Shown piece by piece: positions 51,701-61,944 of a DNA stretch of 64,000 nucleotides. The notes under the pieces were generated by a model. That model worked only from the letters and a program-made list of their open reading frames with translations, had not been told where the DNA came from and searched no databases. This DNA comes from Macrostomum lignano (Eukaryota), in assembly GCA_002269645.1 (NCBI GenBank), contig NIVC01000633.1, forward strand, positions 1 through 64,000. The letters run 5' to 3'. The translations under genes and the position numbers were made by a program. The stretch's first letter is position 1; each line of letters begins with the position of its first letter.

Positions 51701-54700
51701 TAGTGAATGCTGAAGACTCAAGATAGTGAATGCTGAAGACTCAAGATAGTGAATGCTGAAGACTCAAGATAGTGAATGCTGAAGACTCAAGATAGTGAAT
51801 GCTGAAGACTCAAGATAGTGAATGCTGAAGACTCAAGATAGTGAATGGTGAAGACTCAAGATAGTGAATGCTGAAGACTCAAGATAGTGAATGCTGAAGA
51901 CTCAAGATAGTGAATGGTGAAGACTCAAGATAGTGAATGCTGAAGACTCAAGATAGTGAATGCTGAAGACTCAAGATAGTGAATGCTGAAGACTCAAGAT
52001 AGTGAATGGTGAAGACTCAAGATAGTGAATGGTGAAGACTCAAGATAGTGAATGCTGAAGACTCAAGATAGTGAATGGTGAAGACTCAAGATAGTGAATG
52101 GTGAAGACTCAAGATAGTGAATGCTGAAGACTCAAGATAGTGAATGGTGAAGACTCAAGATAGTGAATGGTGAAGACTCAAGATAGTGAATGGTGAAGAC
52201 TCAAGATAGTGAATGGTGAAGACTCAAGATAGTGAATGCTGAAGACTCAAGATAGTGAATGCTGAAGACTCAAGATAGTGAATGCTGAAGACTCAAGATA
52301 GTGAATGCTGAAGACTCAAGATAGTGAATGGTGAAGACTCAAGATAGTGAATGCTGAAGACTCAAGATAGTGAATGCTGAAGACTCAAGATAGTGAATGC
52401 TGAAGACTCAAGATAGTGAATGGTGAAGACTCAAGATAGTGAATGCTGAAGACTCAAGATAGTGAATGGTGAAGACTCAAGATAGTGAATGGTGAAGACT
52501 CAAGATAGTGAATGCTGAAGACTCAAGATAGTGAATGCTGAAGACTCAAGATAGTGAATGGTGAAGACTCAAGATAGTGAATGGTGAAGACTCAAGATAG
52601 TGAATGGTGAAGACTCAAGATAGTGAATGCTGAAGACTCAAGATAGTGAATGCTGAAGACTCAAGATAGTGAATGCTGAAGACTCAAGATAGTGAATGCT
52701 GAAGACTCAAGATAGTGAATGGTGAAGACTCAAGATAGTGAATGGTGAAGACTCAAGATAGTGAATGCTGAAGACTCAAGATAGTGAATGCTGAAGACTC
52801 AAGATAGTGAATGGTGAAGACTCAAGATAGTGAATGGTGAAGACTCAAGATAGTGAATGGTGAAGACTCAAGATAGTGAATGGTGAAGACTCAAGATAGT
52901 GAATGGTGAAGACTCAAGATAGTGAATGGTGAAGACTCAAGATAGTGAATGGTGAAGACTCAAGATAGTGAATGCTGAAGACTCAAGATAGTGAATGCTG
53001 AAGACTCAAGATAGTGAATGCTGAAGACTCAAGATAGTGAATGCTGAAGACTCAAGATAGTGAATGGTGAAGACTCAAGATAGTGAATGGTGAAGACTCA
53101 AGATAGTGAATGGTGAAGACTCAAGATAGTGAATGGTGAAGACTCAAGATAGTGAATGGTGAAGACTCAAGATAGTGAATGGTGAAGACTCAAGATAGTG
53201 AATGGTGAAGACTCAAGATAGTGAATGGTGAAGACTCAAGATAGTGAATGCTGAAGACTCAAGATAGTGAATGGTGAATACTCAAGATAGTGAATGCTGA
53301 ATACTCAAGATAGTGAATGGTGAATACTCAAGATAGTGAATGGTGAAGACTCAAGATAGTGAATGGTGAAGACTCAAGATAGTGAATGCTGAAGACTCAA
53401 GATAGTGAATGCTGAAGACTCAAGATAGTGAATGCTGAAGACTCAAGATAGTGAATGCTGAAGACTCAAGATAGTGAATGCTGAAGACTCAAGATAGTGA
53501 ATGCTGAAGACTCAAGATAGTGAATGCTGAAGACTCAAGATAGTGAATGCTGAAGACTCAAGATAGTGAATGGTGAAGACTCAAGATAGTGAATGCTGAA
53601 GACTCAAGATAGTGAATGGTGAAGACTCAAGATAGTGAATGGTGAAGACTCAAGATAGTGAATGGTGAAGACTCAAGATAGTGAATGGTGAAGACTCAAG
53701 ATAGTGAATGGTGAAGACTCAAGATAGTGAATGCTGAAGACTCAAGATAGTGAATGCTGAAGACTCAAGATAGTGAATGCTGAAGACTCAAGATAGTGAA
53801 TGCTGAAGACTCAAGATAGTGAATGCTGAAGACTCAAGATAGTGAATGCTGAAGACTCAAGATAGTGAATGCTGAAGACTCAAGATAGTGAATGGTGAAG
53901 ACTCAAGATAGTGAATGGTGAAGACTCAAGATAGTGAATGGTGAAGACTCAAGATAGTGAATGCTGAAGACTCAAGATAGTGAATGCTGAAGACTCAAGA
54001 TAGTGAATGCTGAAGACTCAAGATAGTGAATGCTGAAGACTCAAGATAGTGAATGCTGAAGACTCAAGATAGTGAATGGTGAAGACTCAAGATAGTGAAT
54101 GCTGAAGACTCAAGATAGTGAATGCTGAAGACTCAAGATAGTGAATGGTGAATACTCAAGATAGTGAATGCTGAAGACTCAAGATAGTGAATGCTAAAGA
54201 CTCAAGATAGTGAATGCTGAATACTCAAGATAGTGAATGGTGAAGACTCAAGATAGTGAATGCTGAAGACTCAAGATAGTGAATGGTGAATACTCAAGAT
54301 AGTGAATGGTGAAGACTCAAGGTAGTGAATGGTGAAGACTCAAGATAGTGAATGCTGAAGACTCAAGATAGTGAATGGTGAAGACTCAAGATAGTGAATG
54401 GTGAAGACTCAAGATAGTGAATGGTGAAGACTCAAGATAGTGAATGGTAAAGACTCAAGATAGTGAATGCTGAAGACTCAAGATAGTGAATGCTGAAGAC
54501 TCAAGATAGTGAATGCTAAAGACTCTAGATAGTGAATGCTGAATACTCAAGATAGTGAATGGTGAAGACTCAAGATAGTGAATGGTGAATACTCAAGATA
54601 GTGAATGCTGAAGACTCAAGATAGTGAATGCTGAAGACTCAAGATAGTGAATGGTGAAGACTCAAGATAGTGAATGGTGAAGACTCAAGATAGTGAATGC

Positions 54701-54847
54701 TGAAGACTCAAGATAGTGAATGCTGAAGACTCAAGATAGTGAATGGTGAATACTCAAGATAGTGAATGCTGAAGACTCAAGATAGTGAATGCTGAAGACT
54801 CAAGATAGTGAATGCTGAAGACTCAAGATAGTGAATGCTGAAGACTC
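30766..54847 (+). repeat. 24-kb intronic satellite, 23-bp unit gctgaagactcaagatagtgaat, ~1047 copies
   Basis: 24,082 bp / 23 bp. The main variant is C/G at unit position 2 (gct/ggt). Stop codons occur in every frame on both strands, consistent with the empty ORF track. Confidence 0.99.
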
Positions 54848-54876
54848 CAGTCTGCTGTCGCACTCCAAAATTTCAG

Positions 54877-54950
54877 CGTCGGCAATTTCGCCATCATGGA
54901 TGACCGGCTGTACTGCCAGCCTCACTACATTGAGCTGTTCCGGCTGAAGG
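54877..54950 (+). CDS. LIM domain exon 2 (SVGNFAIMDDRLYCQPHYIELFRLK)
   Basis: aaatttcag acceptor. AG+C rebuilds the Ser codon. Supplies the final LIM ligands C-x2-H. aag g|gttggt donor. Confidence 0.93.
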
Positions 54951-55038
54951 GTTGGTGAAGCTGAACTGTTGCTCATTAATAGTCTTGAGTTCTGACCCAA
55001 CAGCTTATGGCTCCAACTTGCTACTCTCCCAATTGCAG

Positions 55039-55086
55039 GCAGCTACCGCTTCCACGATTCGGCTGGAGTCCCGGTTAACTCCATAG
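55039..55086 (+). CDS. Exon following the LIM (GSYRFHDSAGVPVNSI)
   Basis: aattgcag acceptor. Gives LFRLKGSY, matching the LF..KGNY tail of EPLIN/Xirp2-type LIMs. ata g|gtttgc donor in phase 1. Confidence 0.8.
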   Translation, partial: AATASTIRLESRLTP

Positions 55087-55364
55087 GTTTGCATGCTGGC
55101 CTAGTTGGCCTCTCGCCTTTTATTACCGATTACCGACTCATACACCTGCCCTAATTGCATGTCTTGAATGAGCATGGGATCAGCTTGGTTCGGATTTTGA
55201 GCTGAGGACAGCTTTTGTTTAAACCGGGACTCCCTCATTCTTAACTGGACACTTTTCAAACTCCTGCAAATTCAGATTGAAAATTCCCTAAATATTCTTT
55301 CTAGCTACTAACTAGGCAAGTAGTTTAATCGCGAATTTATTCTAATCAAAAATTATTGTAGCAG

Positions 55365-55501
55365 GCAGCGGCGACGAGTCCGTTGAGAACGGCGGCGGCT
55401 CTAACGACAGCGGCCACGTGCCCAAGCTCAGCAACATCAAGTCTCGCTTCGAGTCCTTTGAGGAGCAGCCGCCCGCGTCTCCGTCTAAGAGGAAGGAGAA
55501 G
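55365..55501 (+). CDS. Exon (GSGDESVENGGGSNDSGHVPKLSNIKSRFESFEEQPPASPSKRKEK)
   Basis: gtagcag acceptor (phase 1), aag|gtgagg donor (phase 0). Confidence 0.85.
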
Positions 55502-55539
55502 GTGAGGAGATTGGGGTTTGAGTTGTTTGCATTGGCGAG

Positions 55540-56250
55540 CAGTTCCCAGATTCTCAGTTGCTGGGCCAGCCGCCCAGATTCTCAGTTGCTGGGCCAGCCG
55601 CCCAGATTCTCAGTTGCTGGGCCAGCCGCCCAGATTCTCAGTTGCTGGGCCAGCCGCCCAGATTCTCAGTTGCTGGGCCAGCCGCCCAGATTCTCAGTTG
55701 CTGGGCCAGCCTCCCAGATCCTCAGTTGCTCCGCTGCCCTCTCAGTTTCTAGGCCAGCCGCCCAGATCCTCAGTTGCTGGGCCAGCCGCCCAGATTCTCA
55801 GTTGCTGGGCCAGCCGCCCAGATTCTCAGTTGCTGGGCCAGCCTCCCAGATCCTCAGTTGCTCCGCTGCCCTCTCAGTTTCTAGGCCAGCCGCCCAGATC
55901 CTCAGTTGCTGGGCCAGCCGCCCAGATTCTCAGTTGCTGGGCCAGCCTCCCAGATTCTCAGTTGCTGGGCCAGCCGCCCAGATTCTCAGTTGCTGGGCCA
56001 GCCGCCCAGATTCTCAGTTGCTGGGCCAGCCGCCCAGATTCTCAGTTGCTGGGCCAGCCTCCCAGATCCTCAGTTGCTCCGCTGCCCTCTCAGTTTCTAG
56101 GCCAGCCGCCCAGATCCTCAGTTGCTCCGCTGCCCTTTCAGATTCTCAGTTGCTGGGCCAGCCGCCCAGATCCCCAGTTACTTCGCTTCCCTCCCAGAGT
56201 AACTCAGTTGCTCAGTTGCTGGGCCGTCGCAACCTTCCCAGATTCTCAGA
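55540..56250 (+). repeat. Intronic 28-bp minisatellite (cagattctcagttgctgggccagccgcc)
   Basis: Visible tandem units with a larger recurring variant block, starting ~40 bp after the donor. Confidence 0.95.
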
Positions 56251-56448
56251 TCTGAGTTTTGCATTAATTTTTGCTGCTGCATGCACTAACAGAATGTATT
56301 AACTAAGGCATTATTAGTCTTGATTGCTAAAGCTTGAAGCAAGTGAGCATTCAGTTAGCAGCAGTTCTAATTGCTACCCAGTCGCAGCACCCAGCTACCT
56401 GCAAAGGGAAATGGCCGGTTAAATTGGTCTGGAAAATATTCTATCCAG

Positions 56449-56955
56449 CTTGCAGAGCCGGCGGCATCATCAAAGGTTTCCAAGGCAACCGTTCAGCTAA
56501 GAATGGTCGCTAGGCAGTCGTCTGTTTCCGGATTACAGTCCCCGATCGATCCTAATGCTGATTCATTGGTTGCTACGCAACAGCCGGTTGCCAAGGAGAC
56601 GCCGGTTGCTAGGCAATCATCGGTGACTTCTCTGCTGCCAGTTGCTCGGCAGCAATTTTTGTCCTTTCAACCGCCTTCGGTTTCTCCGCCCTTGAATGCT
56701 GTTGCTATGCAGCCATTTTTGGCTGCTACGCAACCATCTCCAGTGGTTGCTACGCTGTCTTCTCCGGAGGTTGCTATGCAGCCTGCAGTTTCTAGGCAAC
56801 CAATGCCGGCATCCAGCGGCAACACCCGGCACCCGAAGCTGACAGCCGAGCTGTCCTGCGCTCCGAACTTTCCCTCCGACTGCGACGAGGGCGACTCTGC
56901 CGCCCCTGACGAGGCCGAAGAGATGGAGACCGCGCAGCCTCCTGCTTCATCTGGG
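56449..56955 (+). CDS. Candidate cassette exon with VA(R/T/M)Q repeats and an acidic tail
   Basis: tattctatccag acceptor, 169 open codons, ggg|gtactt donor, phase 0-0. The 3' part has GC3-rich codons; the 5' part is T3-rich. Confidence 0.4.
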
Positions 56956-57289
56956 GTACTTTTTTAACGGCGATCTGCTTTCCCTAGACTTCCTTTCTTT
57001 TGATTCGTGGATCAGTTCGGCACTCGTCGTCATTCGGCATTAATAATTGGTTCACCTGGTCCTGTTCACCTTCGCATGCTTCACGGTCGGATGAGTCACT
57101 CAGCTTGGCAAGAAGCGATCAAAGCTTTAATATTTTAGTTTATTTACTTTTTCACTGGTTATTTCACCGGTCACTGGTGATGTTGCTGCTTGTAATTCAG
57201 ATTCAGTTTTTTACTGGTCCCGCACTGGCTGCTCCGTCACTTTGCTACGAATTTTCACATTTTCATTCCGGTGTCCGACTCAAAACACT

Positions 57290-57955
57290 TTTCAATCCTG
57301 AGTCCCAATTCTCCAAATCCCGAATTCCAGTTCATCAAATCCCGAATCCCACTCTATCAAATTCCGAATTCCAGTTCATCAAATCCTGAATCCAACTTAA
57401 TCAAATCCCGAATCCCAATCCAAATCCCGAATCCCACTTCATCAAATCCCGAATTCCAGATCATCAAATTCCGAATCCCACTCCATCAAATCCTGAATCC
57501 CACTTCATCAAATCCCGAATCCCAATCCAAATCCCGAATCCCAGTTCATCAAATCCCGAATCCCAATCCTAATCCCGAATCCCAGTTCATCAAATCCCGA
57601 ATCCCAATCCATCAAATCCCGAATCGCACTTCATCAAATCCAGAATCCCAGTTCATCAAATCCCGAATCCCAATCCATCAAATCCCGAATCCCAGTTCAT
57701 CAAATCCCGAATCCCAGTTCATCAAATCCCGAATCCCAGTTCATCAAATCCCGAATCCCAGTTCATCAAATCCCGAATCCCAGTTCATCAAATCCCGAAT
57801 CCCAGTTCATCAAATCCCGAATCCCAGTTCATCAAATCCCGAATCCCAGTTCATCAAATCCCGAATCCCAGTTCATCAAATCCCGAATCCCAGTTCATCA
57901 AATCCCGAATCCCAGTCCATCAAATCCCGAGTTCTAATTTTCCAAATCCCGACTC
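57290..57955 (+). repeat. Intronic 22-bp minisatellite (aatcccagttcatcaaatcccg)
   Basis: Visible tandem units that homogenise toward the 3' end and stop ~45 bp before the acceptor. Confidence 0.95.
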
Positions 57956-58001
57956 CCAAAGCATCGCGTTCGCACGCAGCTCCCCACCTGGATCCGCCCA
58001 G

Positions 58002-58304
58002 GTGTACTACGCTGGCCTGCAGTCCGCCAGACACCGCTACGAGACGGCCACCAGCGAGAAGGAGCGGCCGCACTCGGAGAAGCCAAAGCGCTTCACCCCG
58101 CCCAGGGAGGGCAGCGCCGGCGTGGTCGAAAGCCAGCCGCAGGAGTTGCCACCAGATGTAGTCCGTTGCTATGACAACGGCGACTCGGACGACCGGCCGG
58201 CACCCGGCAGCAGCCGCAACGTGCTGGCCCGCTTCCGGGAGATCGAGCAGCAGAACGGCAACCACCAGCCGCCTGCCAAGGAGGCGGAGGCCCGGCCGCG
58301 ATCT
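58002..58304 (+). CDS. Exon (VYYAGLQSARHRYE...GVVESQPQELPPDVVR...NVLARFREIEQQ...RPRS)
   Basis: ccgcccag acceptor, tct|gtgagt donor, 101 codons, phase 0-0. Confidence 0.88.
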
Positions 58305-59013
58305 GTGAGTGCCGCCCTCAGTTTTAGCGAAACTGAGCTTCCGCCTCACTGAATTTGTGAGCTTTCAACAGCGCAGAATGCGCCAGAATGCTCAAATCGG
58401 CTGTCTTATATTTGAAGCTAGAATAAAAAGCCATAGGTATTACTACTGAGGTGAAGAATCGGTAAGTAGTGTGTTGCTCAATGAAAACCTGATCGCTCTC
58501 TGATAGTCAGCAAATTCACAAGATTTTCCTTAAATTCAAATAATACTCGTGAATACTACTCGTTAATCACTTCATCTCAGTAGTATGTCCTGTTTGCTAA
58601 TAAGTTTGGCCTTATTTTTTATGCAGAGCGGTCGACTGAGCATTCTGGCCTGTTCTGCGCTTTAGAGGGGATTTCAGCTTAGTCAGAAAATGGCTTATCA
58701 GACCCGCCGTCTCCCCGTGGCCTCCCACTGATTGCACTGAGCAGGCATGCACACTTCACTGTGCCTTGGGGGTTGCGCCTCAAGGCCGTTAATTGCACAA
58801 GCAGAGCCAAGCTGCGATTCCAATTCATCGCCAAATTCATGTGACTGCACTTGGAATGCAGCTCGGGGCCGCTGGCACATCACAGCGCCGCGCCAGACTA
58901 CTAGGCGCTTCCATTTTCCGACTAGTAAAAATGTGATTTTATGAAAGCCCGGGTCCAGACTCCAGCATCATCTAAGCCACTCTCTGATCTCCCGAACTAA
59001 AATCGCAAATTAG

Positions 59014-59172
59014 CGAAATTGCGCCTCGGAGTCGTCAGCCAGCGATGAAGCTGAGCGGGAATCTGCGCCAGCAGCCAGCAGCTGCCTGGACGGCCTGCCG
59101 CAGGTCGGCGTCGCCCGCAGCCTGCTTGACCTCTGGCGCCGCCGGGAGTCGCAGGCGGCTGCGCAATTCCAG
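59014..59172 (+). CDS. Exon (RNCASESS...LPQVGVARSLLDLWRRRESQAAAQFQ)
   Basis: caaattag acceptor, cag|gttgat donor, 53 codons, phase 0-0. This frame is not in the ORF track. Confidence 0.75.
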
Positions 59173-59429
59173 GTTGATCATTCGCATTGTTGTGCCTTCC
59201 TTATCCCATCCTGACTCTTTGTCCTGTCACTCTGTCACAGAGATCCGCTGTCACCCGGGCACTGGGCGTGTTTATCCTGACAGACACCAGATATTTATGG
59301 CCTATAAGCACTGCAGTATCTTGCTGCTTTGGATTCTCTGCTCTGTGTGTTGGTAACTTCATTTACTGTTTTAAACTCCACATTCACATTAGACTTCAGA
59401 TATGCACTGCCATTCTCTGGATCTGGTAC

Positions 59430-60170
59430 ATTTGGTCTGGCAGTCTCTAGACCTGGACTGTCAGTCTCTAGATCTGGGCTGACAGTCTCTAGACCTGGAC
59501 TGACAGTTTTTAGACCTGGGCTGGCAGTCTTTAGATCTGGACTGACAGTCTTTAGACCTGGGCTGGCAGTCTCTAGACCTGGACTGACAGTCTCTAGATC
59601 TGGACTGACAGTCTCTAGACCTGGGCTGGCAGTCTCTAGACCTGGACTGACAGTCTTTAGACCTGGGCTGGCAGTCTCTAGACCTGGACTGGCAGTCTCT
59701 AGACCTGGACTGGCAGTCTCTAGATCTGGACTGACAGTCTCTAGACCTGGGCTGGCAGTCTCTAGACCTGGACTGACAGTCTTTAGACCTGGGCTGGCAG
59801 TCTCTAGACCTGGACTGGCAGTCTCTAGACCTGGACTGGCAGTCTCTAGAAATGGACTGGCAGTCTCTAGACCTGGACTGACAGTCTCTAGACCTGGACT
59901 GACAGTTTTTAGACCTGGGCTGGCAGTCTTTAGACCTGGACTGACAGTCTTTAGACCTGGACTGACAGTCTTTAGACCTGGGCTGGCAGTCTTTAGACCT
60001 GGACTGGCAGTCTCTAGAAATGGACTGACAGTCTCTAGACCTGGACTGACAGTCTCTAGACCTGGGCTGGCAGTCTCTAGACCTGGGCTGGCAGTCTCTA
60101 GACCTGGACTGACAGTCTCTAGATCTGGACTGACAGTCTCTAGACCTGGACTGACAGTCTCCAGACCTGA
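59430..60170 (+). repeat. Intronic 21-bp minisatellite (ctggactgacagtctctagac)
   Basis: ~35 visible tandem units, ending ~50 bp before the acceptor. Confidence 0.96.
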
Positions 60171-60219
60171 CACGTGTTGAAAATGCCCTTAATTCCTGAA
60201 TCGCTATCGCTTGCTAAAG

Positions 60220-60300
60220 GGCTCCCGCATCAGCTCAATGTGGGAGAAGGCGCTTGAGGAGGAGACCAAGCGACCCCGGCAGAACAGGATAGACCCTCAC
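60220..60300 (+). CDS. Exon (GSRISSMWEKALEEETKRPRQNRIDPH)
   Basis: gctaaag acceptor, cac|gtgagt donor, 27 codons, phase 0-0. Confidence 0.8.
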
Positions 60301-60644
60301 GTGAGTGTTGCAGCAAAACTGGCGAGCTTCTCCAGTTTTGACAGGCATGATTTTCCCGTGTTGGAAGCTGCGAGCCCGAGATTTCCGCGTGTTTAAAGAG
60401 CGCACCCGTGCATTTGTACTTTTGCTGTTTTTTATTTGTGTCAAGTTTAACTGACTCACGGTTTGCACTTTTCTGCGCCTCTCATCGGTTATTTTATTAC
60501 TCTGTGTAATTATTTGTCCTGCTTTCCTACTTTTCATTTATATGGAAAATCCTCTGCTTGTTTCATAAAGTGTTCCAGTCATGTACGAGTATGTGCACGA
60601 ACTGATGGCAGTTTGTCTGCCCCTGTGTCCGCATGAGCTGTTCT

Positions 60645-60775
60645 GCTTGCGTGTGCGGTTCAGAACAAAGACCAGCAGCTGGCTGAGATGCTTGCGTGTG
60701 CGGTTTAGAACAAAGACCAGCAGCTGGCTGAGATGCTTGCGTGTGCGGTTCAGAACAAAGACCAGCAGCTGGCAG
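60645..60775 (+). repeat. Three tandem copies of a 45-bp unit (tgcttgcgtgtgcggttcagaacaaagaccagcagctggctgaga)
   Basis: Directly visible, near-identical copies. Confidence 0.9.
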
Positions 60776-60928
60776 CAGTGCACGCAGCAAGTCACCGCTT
60801 TTTCTCGCGTCACCTCGGAGCCCCGCATGCCGCCTGCCGTCTGCCGTGACCAATTCCGAATCTGCCACCGAGTCTGCAGCCCCGAATCCGCAAACGAATC
60901 TAATTTCAAACTTTGCACGCCAACGCAG

Positions 60929-61126
60929 CAAGAGATCCAGTCCTTCGCCTCGCAGTCGGCCACCGCAGTCTACGAGAACGAGCCCGCCCCGCTGCCCGAT
61001 GGTGTTGTGCGGTACGGCCAGTCCACTACCGACGGAGCACAGGACCAGCTGGAGCAGCAGTACACCAAACGGCTCAAGGAGAAGTTCCTGCTCGAGTCCC
61101 AGCAGCAGAAAACTGTGGAGAGACCG
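60929..61126 (+). CDS. Exon (QEIQSFASQSATAVYENEPAPLPDGVVRY...KEKFLLESQQQKTVERP)
   Basis: caacgcag acceptor (alternative in-frame acceptor at 60941), ccg|gtgaga donor, phase 0-0. Confidence 0.85.
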
Positions 61127-61144
61127 GTGAGAGTCAAGTTGTTC

Positions 61145-61530
61145 CAGTCTGACTCAAACTGTCTCAGTCTCACTCAAGCTGTCCCAGACTCACTCAAACT
61201 GTCTCAGTCTCACTCAAGCTGTCCCAGACTCACTCAAACTGTCTCAGTCTCACTCAAGCTGTCTCAGTCTCACTCAAGCTGTCCCAGTCTCACTCAAACT
61301 GTCTCAGTCTCACTCAAGCTGTCCCAGACTCACTCAAACTGTCTCAGTCTCACTCAAGCTGTCCCAGACTCACTCAAACTGTCTCAGTCTCACTCAAGCT
61401 GTCCCAGTCTCACTCAAGCTGTCCCAGTCTCACTCAAGCTGTCCCAGTCTCACTCAAGCTGTCCCAGTCTCACTCAAACTGCCTCAGTCTCACTCAAGCT
61501 GTCCCAGGCTCACCCAAACTTCCCCAGTCT
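61145..61530 (+). repeat. Intronic 20-bp minisatellite (ctcactcaagctgtcccagt)
   Basis: Fills nearly all of intron 61127-61558. Confidence 0.95.
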
Positions 61531-61558
61531 CACTTCACCTTGCCTCCCCAATCCTCAG

Positions 61559-61927
61559 CCCATCCGTCTAGACGAAGGCGAGGGCGGCATCTACGAGAAC
61601 GAGCCGGTGCAGCTGCCCGACGTTGTCCGGCCGGACCCCGCGGCGGCCGAGGACTACCGGCTGTACGCTGAGGGCAAGTGCGCCACCCTGGCCAAGCAGC
61701 GCTTCATGTCCGAGGCGGCGCAGAAGGCGGCCTCGGCCGAGCGACGCGTGGTGCTGGAGCTTGCCAACGATAGCGGTGTGTACGAGAACTGTCCGGAGGT
61801 CCGCGACGATGTCGCCCGCTGGGGCGCCCAGGACGAGGCAGCCGCCTTCGATCCGGCCGGCGCCTACAGCCGCGCAGTCAGCGCCTGGCAGCAGGCCGGC
61901 AGCCAGCAGCAGCCCGCGGCGCCCAAG
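61559..61927 (+). CDS. Exon with two YEN repeats (PIRLDEGEGGIYENEPVQLPDVVR...SGVYENCPEVRDDVAR...APK)
   Basis: aatcctcag acceptor, aag|gtgagg donor, 123 codons, phase 0-0. Confidence 0.9.
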
Positions 61928-61944
61928 GTGAGGCTGTCTGTGAA

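Noticed and set aside
30766-54847. CRISPR-like array
   Set aside because: Units are head-to-tail with no unique spacers, there are no cas genes, and the context is a eukaryotic intron.
30766-54847. Similarity of GAAGACTCAA to the Macrostomum spliced-leader sequence as I recall it
   Set aside because: It is only a ~10-nt match, recalled from memory, with no SL-RNA donor, Sm site or stem-loops. It is likely chance.
55502-60180. Repeat ORFs 55518, 57271, 59295 and 59329, and the read-through part of 55418
   Set aside because: They are minisatellite translations inside introns bounded by good GT/AG sites.
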